DNA of 64,000 bases. Source: Chrysomallon squamiferum. Taxonomy: Eukaryota > Animalia > Mollusca. The stretch spans positions 4,526,001 through 4,590,000 of the forward strand of contig CM022675.1 in the NCBI GenBank assembly GCA_012295275.1, in the 5' to 3' direction. The notes under the pieces are model-generated. The model was not told the origin of the DNA, ran no database searches, and saw only the letters and a list, made by a program, of their open reading frames with translations. A program made the translations under genes and the position numbers. Within the stretch, counting starts at the first letter, position 1. The number at the start of each line of letters is the position of its first letter. Positions 17,552 through 30,786 of this stretch are shown here, piece after piece.

Positions 17552-18619
17552 TAAATAAGAAAATCATATTGAAACTTACCATCAATCCATCTCCATTCAA
17601 CTTCTCTGTGAAGTCCAAGCCAATAGTGTCGCTGTTGTCTTTCTGACGTAGTCAGATATTTTTTCATTGCTGAGACTGTATTACTGGTTAGTTTAGACAG
17701 ACGTCTACTGAATATCATATTACTCGTCCATTTTGTAAAGCATATCTTTGCAAAGGTAGAACCAGTTATATTTTCTATATTTTCCTTAAAAGCAAAAAAA
17801 AAAAAAGTAACTGATGACAAAAATACAACTAGTAATACTGATTCTTTTACAATAATCGCGACCACTACTACTACTACTACTGCTACTACTGATGCTAATA
17901 CTGCTACTGCTACTACTACTACTACTACTACAGGTAGTAGTGATACTACTTGAAATTAATTTTAAAAATGACCTGGACACAGAAGATGTGCTCTGTAGCT
18001 GTCACAGTTTTGGAAACCAATTTTAAAACTGTAAGAATTGAACTTGACGTAGCCGCAGCGCTTGATTCCGTCAGCGCTGTCGTCGATTGTAACTGAAGAC
18101 GGAAGATCTATAAAAAGAATAATTCACACATTATTATATCTGTGAATATATCTCGGTGACCATAATCATCATAACTGAAAAAAGAAAATAATGGTTTGCC
18201 CGGCAGCCATCTTTAAACTTTGATTCATTCATTGATTGTTTCATTCTTTTGTTCATCTGCTTTTTCATTCGATCATTCAAAATCTCAGACATACATCTTC
18301 ATCTACTGACGTTAATAAAATAATATAAAATAGATCAATATTTTAAAAATTGTTAAAGTTATTTGTGTCACTTGTTCTATAAATAGAAATTGTGTTTCGT
18401 CCTCCGCAGTATTCTTCATATGTCCCTGCACATCGAACTCGTTTTGTAGTTGACTTCACAGGACTTGCTGTGTCAGAGAGTTTACAGTAACACCGCTTTC
18501 CCTACAAAACACGAAATAAATAACAATAATAACACAAATACACAAAAAATAACCTAGAAAAATGTGTTAATAAAGCTATAATTGTTGTAGTAATGTGAAC
18601 ACAATAACAACAACAACAA

Positions 18620-18706
<87 letters not shown>

Positions 18707-20279
18707 GAAGAAGAAGAAGAAGAAGAAGAAGAAGAAGAAGAAAGATTGTGGTAGTAGTAGTGGTAGAAGTGGTAATAGTAGTAAAAGATGAAGTAGTGGT
18801 ATTGGTTGCCGCAGTGACAGTTTAATAGTAGAAGTATACCTGTCTGTGTGTCCCATTGGTCTGTGTGTGATTCAGGTAACATCAAACAAGTATATATTTA
18901 ACACTTTTTGTTTTAAATTCAGTGTTTATGAAGAGAAGAATTTACCAACCTGTAAACCAATTTCTCCATTGCTCGGGTTGCATTGCTGGAAGCATTTAAA
19001 AGGATCATTGTCTTGTATTTCGTAGTTAGACCTCGAACTCTCTACATCGATATTTCCAACGTACTGGAATAATTTGTCATTCGTCTCTGAAAACAACAAC
19101 AACAATAAAAAAAGCAAAATTAGTGATTTTGTTCTTATTGTTGATGTCGTAGATAATGAACAATTTATAAAGTAAAACTTTAATAAAACATTAAACATTT
19201 GTTTCTTTTCTAAATGAAATCGAAATTATCAATAACAGAATACTCACCAGTCCATTTCCACGGTGTAAACGTCTCAAAAGCTCCTACCCAATAATCTGTG
19301 TCTTCTTCCATTACAGAAAAAAGTTTGTTTTTGTCTAAACCAGAATGATCAACAACGAGTCTGCCTCCTGCCTCCTCACAGCCAGAATACGCTGCCTCCC
19401 ACCAAGTTTGTTTTTTATCCAGTGTAAAATATTCTTCTAACATTTCTTCTTGTTTTCTGTCAGACCACGGACCTGTGTTAATTTATTAATATTTATCTTA
19501 ATTATTTATTTGCATTTTGTTGATGAAATTTTATGTTACGTTCTTATATATACATTTATATATACGTATTTTGTTTATATTGTATAAATTTACACATACA
19601 TATTTATACTGTTATGTTTTATAAATTTATTAATAATTACTTAGTTATGCTCTTTTGCGTTTTAGTAAATACTGCTACGTTATTATTATTGTTATGTTAT
19701 TTTATATATAATATTGCTGTTATTTATATTTAACTAGGTCAAAATACGTTAGCTAATGTTGCATTTATAGTAAATAGTTTATTTTTTAAAGATGTTATAA
19801 CGTGCTAGTATATGTGTTATGTTAAATCCTATTACATACTGTTGTTACGCTATGCTGTTATTTAATTTTCATCGCTGTCATTATTGCTGTTTGTTGTCGT
19901 CGTTATTATTGGTGTTGATGATATTGTTACTGTTATTATTATTAGTGTCGTTGATGTTGTTATTGTTATTATTAATTATGGATGAACATTTCATGTTAAA
20001 CATCGATTAAACATTCAGAAGGCTCTATTTTGAGAAAGGTCTTCTTTTAACATAATCATCATATACAAGAAATCACAATAATAAAATCCCCGTTAAACAG
20101 TAAATAAAACTGAAATAAAATATAAAATTTTAAGTTATCTGCCCTAGCCTTATACATATTTCAAATGAAGTACAATGAATAAATTAATTTAAATAAATAA
20201 TAAACTTACTTAGTCTTTCTGCACCTGGAACCTGATTGTAGATGGTTAATGTAATCACTGCTGTTATTAAATTCATCAT
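15012..20279 (-). CDS. CTLD/WSC tyrosine-motif type I transmembrane receptor, copy 3
   Basis: Phase-consistent exons: 20210-20279 signal peptide (MMNLITAVITLTIYNQVPGAERL); 19248-19472 CTLD1-N (TWWEAAYSGCEEAGGRLV...YWVGA...PWKWT); 18950-19086 and 18372-18501 WSC; 17973-18107 CTLD1-C (RCGYVKF...GFQNCDSYRAHLLCP); 17580-17774 and 17252-17392 CTLD2; damaged stalk ~16797-16929; TM 16202-16277; tail 15012-15747. Open (~614 aa) if the symmetric stalk exon is skipped. Confidence 0.75.
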
Positions 20280-20322
20280 TTCTTTTTGTTTTCTTTTCTT
20301 TATTTTTATTTACGAAAATTCT

Positions 20323-20392
20323 TACGCAAGACGATATAAAACCGAGTTTTGCTAAAACCAACAAGGAAGTAGATCAGATATTAATAGAAAGA
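20323..20392 (-). promoter_or_regulatory. Conserved proximal promoter block upstream of exon 1
   Basis: cttacgcaag..gatataaaaccgagttttgctaaaaccaacaaggaagtagat is conserved at ~30830, ~40525, ~48417 and ~57736, about 45-115 nt upstream of each ATG. Confidence 0.5.
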
Positions 20393-23300
20393 GGAAAACA
20401 GATCATGAATCTGGCTACTTAGATTACGGATGACACTGTTTGTAATTTTGTGTTGGTATAATTATAAGTGATGCGTCCGTTTTACCAATATAAGTTGTAT
20501 GAGTTTATTTTAACAATAAGTTGCTTTATTAATATTATTTGTATGTATGTATTTATAAGACTCCGTCTTTTTACATTTACTAATACATACATTTACTAAT
20601 ACATACATTTACTAATACATACATTTACTAATACATACATTTACTAATTCATACATACATGCAACGATACTACATACATAATTTATAACACAAAAATACA
20701 TACATAGATAGATACAAACATACATAGATACATACCTAATGCATGCACACAAAAATACATACATAGATAGATACAAACATATAAACATACATACATACAT
20801 AATGCATACACACAAAAATACATACGTAGATTGATACAAAGATACAAACATGCATACATAATGCTTACATTCATAACACATACATATACTGACACATAAA
20901 TATATGCATCTATGCATACATGTATATACAAATACATACAGGAATGCATATGCAAATCAATACATAGATATATGCACGCACACACACACACACACACACA
21001 CGTAGAAATATCCACATACAAACACACAGAACTGCATATCCAAACTCATTTTATTTTTTCCAACACTACATCATTTTATTTTCTATCACATACTAACTTT
21101 TTCCAATTTATTTCACCATTTTCACATATGTATATATATATATATGTATGTATTGGGAGTATGTATGTATTGTTAATATAATATATATGTATGTATTGTT
21201 AAATATATATATATATATATGTATGTATTGTTATTATATATATATATATGTATGTATTGTTCTGTTATTAAAATTAAATGATTAAGAACTTGTTGTCCTG
21301 TTTGTAAACAAAATATTATCTTTCTATCGTTTATAATTTAATAATTTTAAATTCACTTTGTCTATTTATTTAGTTATAATCCTGTAATATTATTAGTGAA
21401 TCTCATTGATTTTAAGCATAAAACGTGTTTGTATTTAATTTATAGGTCAGTGTACATTAAACCACTCTGTTTATGTTACTTTAATTATGAAAAATGTTCT
21501 CCTCAAACTCACGTGGGGTTTGTCAGAAATAAAAATAAAATCTGGCAGGTTTTCACTGTATATTTTATTTAATAATGATGTGCTGTCTATAGTGAAACAT
21601 TCAGTTTAACAGTTAGGATGTGTGTAAGTGCTGACTGATTTGACTCGAAGTGATTTCGAGAATATCGCGAGTTTTACCGATCATTAGAATGCACAGCGCA
21701 GTCTTAAAATAGCGCAAATCGACAAATAGCGGAGATCGAAAAATAGCGCAAAACACAAACACACGCGATTACATAATAACGTTGTGACACACGTCGTCAC
21801 AATCTCTCCTATCTCTTACTGTCACATTTTATCTTTCTTGTTCTTTCTTGCCATCCCATTGTTATTAATATCATTAATACATCGCCATTATTATTACTAT
21901 TATTATTATTATTATTATTTTTTTTTTTTTTTTAATTTACATTTATATTATATGTGAGAAATATGTGACTGATAATACTGGTTTGAGATGACAGTCACTC
22001 TGTTGGTTAAAGTTTGCTGTTTGTTTGTTCAATTAACTGAAACTACAGTCTGTTTTTTTAATGATGGACCCAGTCTGTGAAGCCTCAGAAGCAATCATAC
22101 CAATATGGTGAAACATCGAGAACAACTGTCTCACAAAACAGTTAAAATAAAATTAATATATTACATCATACTAAGTTTCACAGTTGTGTTTCTCTCGTTT
22201 AGAGAGCTCGTCACTCTCCAAGTCTGACTTAACTGAGTGGAGTTTGTCAGGACAGCTTATTTATTTTGTGAAAAACAGCAAAGCTGTTGTAAATCTGTGT
22301 TCTTGAAAATCAAATGACTGTGTGTGTGAGTGTGTGTGTATATGTGTGTGTGAGTGTGTTTATATGTGTGTGTGTGTGTGTGTGTGTGTTGGTGTATGTG
22401 TGTGTTGGTGTGTGTATGTGGTCATGTCAGTGAAATAGTTTTTTTCGGTGACGTTTGCACACAGTTGCTGTTTTGAGGATATCTCAAACTTTAAGGGCTC
22501 GTTCTGAAACGAGATTGTCTCTCAAAAATTGATAACTGACTTTACAGAAACGTTTCATGAAGTTTTTCTACTCCTTTCGGGTGACAAAACCTTTTATACT
22601 GGAAAAACAGATGTACCTAAGATATTTAATTTGTGTTTGGACGAGGCTGTTTATATGAAGAAAACTCGTAGACAAAACCTCGAGAACGTAACAAGTAGTG
22701 TATGAACGATGTTCGTGATAATAGTTCGAAAAACTATACAAAATGGCGGTTGTTCCAAAGTACTTTCAGTCAAAATTAAATTTTAACGATGTTAGTGATA
22801 CACGTTCAGAGAAATATAACAAAATGGCGGCTATGCCAAAGTACTTCCAACTGAGATTAAACCTTTTTCTTTTTCTTTTTCACACTACACGGTAATACTC
22901 GTGCAATAAACACAAAGATAAGACTTCAAATGTTCCATTTAACGATTTTTTTTATTCAAATAGCACTTGAAAACAGAGAATAAATCAATCATTCGAAAGT
23001 CAAAATATATCGATTTACCTGGTGATCCATTTGAATAGTATCGAGGTTTTCTGTGTGACAATAAAGTTAGATTAATACTAAAAAGTTAGTATAAAACAGA
23101 CTTCCAGTACGAAACAGAAAATGTAAAATGCATATGAAGAATTATTAAAATAAAATATTATAATATCTTTAGTTGGTTATACAGATTCGGTATATAATAT
23201 AATATAAAGTAATGTAGTATAAAGATAGTTTTTTCTCATATTTCTTGTATATAAATATATAATCAAACACAGAAATCCACATACATACATACATACATAC

Positions 23301-24006
23301 ACACACATGCATAAATATACAGATCGTTTTCCGATATTTTATATAATATTTGTAATAAATGTATTTATGAAGTAAGGTTTGAGATGATCTATCGGAAAAC
23401 TCTAATATATCACATTCTCCAATTTAGGATTTCTGAATTTCGAATAACCTGTCCTTAAACTGTAATAATAATAATAATCAGAAAATCAGAAAACAAGAAA
23501 GAAAGAAAAAGAACAGAATAATAATTTAAAAAAATAATAAAAAAGAAAGAGAAAAAATCGGAAACGAAAGAAAAACGAAAAAAGTTAGAAAAAGAGTTGA
23601 TATGAGACACGGTTAGCGAGGATTCCTTCAAGAGACAAAATTTTACATCAGTTCAGATTAATACTTAAAATATTAGTGTAAGAACAGATTTCACATGTCA
23701 CAGAAATAAGGTAAAAAATAAATCGCATTGACGAAAAGTTCATTTAGATATTAGGATAAATTACAAATACAAAATAGAAAGGCAAAAATAGTAATACATA
23801 TAATGCGAACAAAAAAACGGAATTATTTATTAACATAGTGTTTACAACAACAACAACATCAAAATAAATTAATTAATTAATAATAAAATACCAAAAAATT
23901 AAATAAAATATTAAAAAATCAATATGGTATGAAGGAGTGTTAATACAGGTTAAATAATAATAGTAATAATAACAATAATAATAATAATAATTGGTATGAG
24001 ACACTA

Positions 24007-26778
24007 TTAACAGGATTTCAAAAACCACTTCATAGCAAACGACACATTTTGTATCAAAATATCGATCGTGTTACTGCTGACATTCTTTTCTATCTGACTT
24101 TTCCAGAACAAAATAAAAAGTCCACTGCCTTCAGAAACGTTGTCGTTGTTGTCGGAATTGTCGTGGACGTTATCAGAGATTTCTGATTTCCTAATGGGAA
24201 TTTGATTGTTAGACGAGGCAGTATCACTACACAGACTGGGGTGTGGTAAATCGGAAGTAACGGTATCAGCGATGTCGTAGAGGTTGATGTCAGGTTGGTT
24301 AAGATGGTTATACAGTTCTGATGTTGTTGTTGATGTTGGAGGTTTCCTCTCCATGGTGTCGTAGTCTTCAGAATCAACGAGGTGGCTGTAGACGTCAGAT
24401 ACAGTTGCAGTTGTCTTTTCTTTGCTTGTGCTGTCGTAGTCGCTGTCATTGTCAACACCAAGTCGGTTGTAGACATGAGACGTTGTTGTTTTATTTTTCT
24501 TATCACAGGTATCGTAGTCGCCGTTGTCGTCCCCAACAATGTGGTTGTAGATGTTAGATGTACGAGTTGTTGTGTTTGTTGTATCTGCGTTGTTGCTGTC
24601 GTCGTCATGGATGACTGACAGATGACTATCCACTTCAGATGTTGTAGTAGTTGCCGTGTTGATATCCACTGTGTCGTAATCGCCATTTTTGATGTCAGCA
24701 GAAGTTTTTTCCGGAACTGCTTTAACATCTGCGATGTCGTAGTCGTTATCATTTCTGTTTTCCATGTTGATAGTAACTCCGTTTGGGACGTTGTAGTAAA
24801 CACTGTGGTTTCCTTGATTTTCTGATTCAAATTCATAATCTGCCGACGTCGATGTCGTTGTTATCTCATAACTCGGATTTATGTGACCACGTTGTAAATC
24901 TTCAGCAGAGCTGATTTCATTGTTTCTTTTGTTAAAATTAATTCTTGATTCTGGTAACTTTTGAGTTTTAAAACAAAATCGACGTGTTCTGAAAAATGAA
25001 GACATTATTTAAATTTAAACTGTGAAATACTAAATTTGTTTTATTATATGAGTTTTTGTCGTGACGACTCTGATAATTCAAAGGAAAAACTATTTTACAT
25101 TTAAATTAAACTGACTTTAACTAAGAAGAATAAAAGTGAAATGTGTAGATTTTTTTTACTTTCTTTCATATGTTTGTATATAAATGTATTATTTTCATTC
25201 ATACTTTCTTGTTCTTTCATACCTTTTTCTTTCTCTTTCTTTTATTCTTTCGTGTCTTCCTATCTTTCATTCACACCTTTTTTTCTTTTATTCTTTCTTT
25301 TTTCTTAGTATTTTTAACAAACATAATAAAGAACAGATTGTTTTTTCTTTCTTTTTCATTCATTCATTCTTTTTTCCTTCTCTATTATTCATTCATATTT
25401 CATTCTTTATTTGTTTCAAATTTTCTGTTTTTCTGCTTCATAAATTTCATAATTTGGTTTACTAAAATTAATTCTTGATTCTGGTAACTTTTGAGTTTTA
25501 AAACAAAATCGACGTGTTCTGAAAAATGAAGACATTATTTAAATTTAAACTGTGAAATACTAAATTAGTTTTATTATACGAGTTTCTGTCGTGACGACTC
25601 TGATAATTCAAAGGAAAAATTATTTTACATTTCAAATTAAACTGACGTTAACTGAGAAGAATAACAGTGAAATATGTATATATATCTTTTTTACTTTCAT
25701 TCATATTTTTTCTATCGATAACTTTCGTTCATGTTTTTATTTCACCATGTTTTTATTTTGTTTTAGCATAAGAACACATAATTTTGTCTTTCTTTTTCAT
25801 TCATTCATTCTTTTTTCCTTCTCTAGTTTTTTCTTTGATATTTCATACTTTAATTTTATGTAATGACTGATTACAACAAATTCTCACCGTCTAGACCAAA
25901 CTACGACGAAAACAATGACGACCAAAACCAGTACAACAGCAGCGACACCACCAACATATGCTGAAAATAATTACATAATAACATTGATTTTAATCTAAGA
26001 ACAATTATCTATGTAAATATTTGTATGCATGTATGTATGTATCTATATATTGTATTATTATTATATTTTTCACTTATTATTAAAATAATTTTACTAATTT
26101 TAACACAGATATGACGCATTATTTGCCCTATTTTCAATTTATATTATATAAAACATATTATTAAAAATATAAAAATTAAATAATCTGCTAAGTTAAAAAA
26201 TAAAAGAACACTAACAATGAAAATATATTTAATTAATTTCAATAAGATTTGCAGAATAAATCTAGTAAATTAATACAAGCTAGTAAAATAAAGTTAGTAA
26301 ATTAAAAAATAGTAACATAATTCTTGTAAATTAAATAAGCCATCTAACACACAGAAACTGGGTATAAAAATAAAAATAAATAAACTTAATTAATTTAAAC
26401 AAATCTAGTAAATGAATACTAGTCATAAAATTAATAAAATAAATTTAGTGAATTAAAAGTAGTAAATAGATCTAGTAAATTAAATCTAACAAAATAAAAC
26501 AAGTAAATAAATATATAAATAAAAATAAAAACTAATAAAATGTATTTAGTAAATTAAATTTAGTCAAATAAATCTGTTAAGTTAACAAAATAGTAAAATT
26601 AAAACTGACCTGACTTGTTTGATGGATGTTGTGTCTCACCGGATTCTTTTGTTGGAATTATCTCCCCTGATGTCGATGTTGCTTGTGTAGTTAAATTATC
26701 TGTAAATATAAAAAAGATTTTCTCTAGAAGATATTAGATTTTTTTTCAATATAAAACTAATTGTAAGTCATCTTTTAA

Positions 26779-26839
<61 letters not shown>

Positions 26840-27484
26840 GTTTTAGAATATAGACAGCTTATTCTGAAATAGAAATGTCTTTTATTGTATGCAATTTATA
26901 ACACATACCTATATAGATACATAAAAAACATCTGCACAAATGCTCTCTCTCTCTCTGTGTCTGTGTGTGTGAGTGTGTGTGTGTGTGTGTGTGTATGTTA
27001 TGTGTATGTGAATTCACAGAATTACAAACTATAATATCCATGATAAAGGCATTTTACTTTTGAATTACATTTTACCCTTAACATAACATGTAAATTATAC
27101 GTATACAAAAAACTTTTGATGTTTTATTTGTGTCTCTATACTCACACTTCTGACAAATAGTCTGAAGTTTTGTCTGTGGAGGATAATAATCATAATCATC
27201 ACTATCAACGGACCAAACCAAACTTTTAAGTAACTTCGTATTGTCAGAAATCTGTTTCGAGTACGACACTTCTTTACCTGAAAAATAAAAAAAAATATAA
27301 AAAAATTAAAATAATAAAAATAATAAAATAAATGAATAGAATAAAACAAAGCTTGAATATGTGTGAATGTGTGTACGTGTGTGTATGTGTGTATGTAGAC
27401 AGATAAATAGATAAATAGACCAGATAGATATATAAAAACATATAAGTATGTAAATGAAATAAAATGTATTAAAATTTCAAAAAT

Positions 27485-27516
<32 letters not shown>

Positions 27517-28099
27517 TAAAATAAATAAATGAATAAATAAATAAATAAATTAATTAATAAATACGTAATTATTTCTTAGGACACTAAAGAAAAATGTACC
27601 GTTAATCCACCTCCATTTAACTTCTCTGTGAAGTGCAATCCAGTATGATCGCTTCTGTCTTTCTGGTTTTGTTAAAAGTTCTTTCATAGCTGAGAGTGTG
27701 TTGTTCGTTAGCTTAAGAAAATTTTCATAATTTTTCTTCCATGTCATGTCCTTTAGTGAAATACATGTCTCAGATATACAGTCTGACCAGTTAAACAACC
27801 ATTCAAACAATGATGTTATTACATCGTTCTCTGTTAGAAACAGGACAAATTAATATATATATGTATGTGTATGTGTATACATATATATATATATACACAA
27901 CAGAGAGTGTATTATTCGTTAGCTTAGGAAAATTTTCATAGTTTTTCTTCCATGTGATATCAGTTAGAGAAATACATGTCTCAGATTTGCAAACTGACAA
28001 GTGGAGCAGCCATGTAAGAAACAGTTTTAGTGCTTTCGTCTCCAAATGAAATAGGAAAAATAAATAAATAAATAAATTTAAAAAATAAATAAATACAAA

Positions 28100-28146
<47 letters not shown>

Positions 28147-30786
28147 ACAAAAAGTCAAAATATAAATAGAAACAAAAACAAAAAAATACAAAGAAATAAA
28201 AAAAAAAAAAAACCAAAATAAAAATAGAAATAAAAATAAAAATAAAATAAAATAAAATAAAATAAAATAAAGTAAATAAATAAATAAATAAAAAACAATA
28301 AAGCAGACATATTTTGTTTGTAACAACTACTACTACATCTACTTTAACTTCTGATACGACTAATTTACCTTTTATTATTATTAATTAATTAATTAATTAA
28401 TTTATGTATTTATTTATTTATTTATTGATATAGTCATTGTAACTAAAAATACTGACTGAACAATGTTAAAATAAAATGATCTGTATAAGCTGCGTATGCT
28501 TTGTAGCTGTCACAGTTTTGGAAACCAATTGTAAAATTGTCAGAATTGAGCTTGACGTAGCCGCAGCGGTTGATTCCGTCAACGCTGTCGTCGATTTGAA
28601 CTGAAGACGGAAAATCTGTAATGAAGTAATTTATATATTATTATAATTATCACTACATGAGTGCATACTCAATCTTCATTCGTTAATTCATTCATTCGTT
28701 CTTTCATTCATTCATTGGTTCATTCATTTATTTATATATTCGTTTGTTCATTCATTCAAAATCACAAACTTATACCTTCATCTACTTATGTTAATAAAAT
28801 ACTACAAAATAGATAAATATTTTATAAATTATGTTAAAGTTGGTAATTTCACCTGTTCTATAAATAGAAACTGTGTTTCTTCCTCCGCAGTATTCTTCAT
28901 ATGTCCCTGCACATCGAACTCGTTTTGTAGTTGACTTCACAGGACTTGCTGTGTCAGAGATTTTACAGTAACACTGCTTTCCCTAAAAAACACAAAATTA
29001 ATAACAATAATAACAAAAAATAACCTAGAAAAATATGCTAATAAATTTATAGTTGTAGTAATATGAACACAACAACAACAACAACAACAACAACAATAAT
29101 AATAATAATAATAATAATAACAATAATAATAATAATAATAATAATAAAAATAACAATAATAATAAGAAGAAGAAGGATATTTGTAGTAGTAGTGGTAGAA
29201 GTGGTAATAGTAGTAGTAGATGAAGTAGTGGTGTTGGTTGCCGCAGTGACAGTTTAATAGTAGAAGTATACCTGTCTGTGTGTCCCATTTGTCTGTGTGT
29301 GATTCAGGTAACCTAAAACAAGTATATATTTAACACTTTTTGTTTTAAATTCAGACTTTATCAACAGAAGCATTTACCAACCTGTAAACCAATTTTTCCA
29401 TTGCTCGGTTTACATTGCTGGAAGCATTTAAAAGCATCATTGTCTTGTATTTCGTAGTTAGACCTCGAACTCTCTACATCGATATCTCCAACGTACTGGA
29501 ATAATGTTTCATTGGTCTCTGAAAACAAAATCTAGAGCAATAACAACACACAAAAAAATGAAACAGTCTATTTATTGAATCATTTATTGTATTATGATTC
29601 TTATTAGTGGTTTTGTTCTTACTTTTGATGTCGTAGATAATGATCAATTTATAAAGTAAAACTTTGATAAAACTTTAAACATTTATTTATGTTCTAACCG
29701 ACATTTAAATTATTGATAACTGAATACCTACCAGTCCACATCCACGGTGTATACGTCTCAAAAGCTCCTACCCAATAGCTTTTGTTTTCTACCATTACAG
29801 AAAGAAATTTGTTTTTGTCTAAATCAGAATGATGAACAACGAGTCTGCCTCCTGCCTCCTCACAGCCAGAATACGCTGCCTCCCACCAAGTTTGGTTTTT
29901 ATCCAGTGTAAAATATTCTTCTAACATTTCTTCTTGTTTTCTGTCAGACCACGGACCTGTGTTAATTTATTAATAATTATCTTAATCTTAATTATATTTA
30001 TCTTGATGAAATTTTATGTTACGTTTTTATATATACATTTATGCAAATGTATTTTGTTTCTACTGAATACATTTATACATATTTATACTGTTATGTTTTA
30101 TAAACTTATAAATAATTACTTAGTTAGGTGATGATATACAATATTCTAATATGTAATATTTCTTCGTTATTATTATTGTTATGTTACGTTATTTTATGTT
30201 ATTGTATATATACTATTGCTGTTATTTAAAGTTAGCTACGTCAAAATACGTGAGCTAATTTTCCATTTATAGTAAACAGTTTATTTTGAAAATATGTCAT
30301 AACGTGCTACTTTATGCTGTTATGTTAAATCCTGTTGCGTACTGTTGTTACGCTATACAGTTATTTAATTTTCATCACACTCATTATTGTTGTTTGTTGT
30401 CGTCGTTATTAGTGTTGTTGTTGATGTTGTTACTGTTATGATTGTTGCTGTCGTTCATCTAGTTATTGTTGTTTTTTGTTGTTGTTATTAGTATTATTAA
30501 CTATGATACAAGCATTTCATGTTAAACATCCATTAAACATCCAGCAGGCTGTATTTTGAAAAAGGTCTGCTTTTAACATAATCATCATATACAAGAAAGC
30601 TCAATTAATAAAATTTAAATAATTTCAAACATTTTAAATTGTCTCCTTCAGCTTTATACATACTTCAAATGACTTGAAGTGCAACGAATAAATTAATTTT
30701 AAATAAATAATAAACTTACCTAGCCTTTCTGCACCTGTAACCTGATTGTAGATCGTAAATATAATCACTGCTGTTACTAAATTCAT
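24007..30786 (-). CDS. CTLD/WSC tyrosine-motif type I transmembrane receptor, copy 4 (longest tail)
   Basis: Exons 30720-30786; 29732-29956; 29382-29518; 28853-28982; 28481-28615 (donor mutated GT>AT, in-phase alternative GTCAGT donor gives end 28457); 27600-27830; 27146-27277; stalk 26610-26699; TM 25888-25960 (YVGGVAAVVLVLVVIVFVVVWSRR); tail 24007-24988. About 740 aa. Confidence 0.8.
25416..25680 (-). other. Duplicated tail-exon acceptor giving a possible short alternative terminal exon (25416-25518)
   Basis: 25465-25680 duplicates ~24935-25150. The frame from the duplicated acceptor reads TRRFCFKTQKLPESRINFSKPNYEIYEAEKQKI-stop. Confidence 0.65.
27900..28050 (-). other. Partial intronic duplicate of the CTLD2-N exon
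   Basis: Encodes CKSETCISLTDITWKKNYENFPKLTNNTLS, paralogous to CISETCISLKDMTWKKNYENFLKLTNNTLS at 27690-27785. It is truncated into an (AT)n tract. Confidence 0.75.

Noticed and set aside
24270-24560. Canonical ITIM or ITAM call for the tail
   Set aside because: The YxxL/I motifs lack the -2 hydrophobic or Ser residue and are about 23-24 aa apart, so they are reported only as a non-canonical Tyr array.
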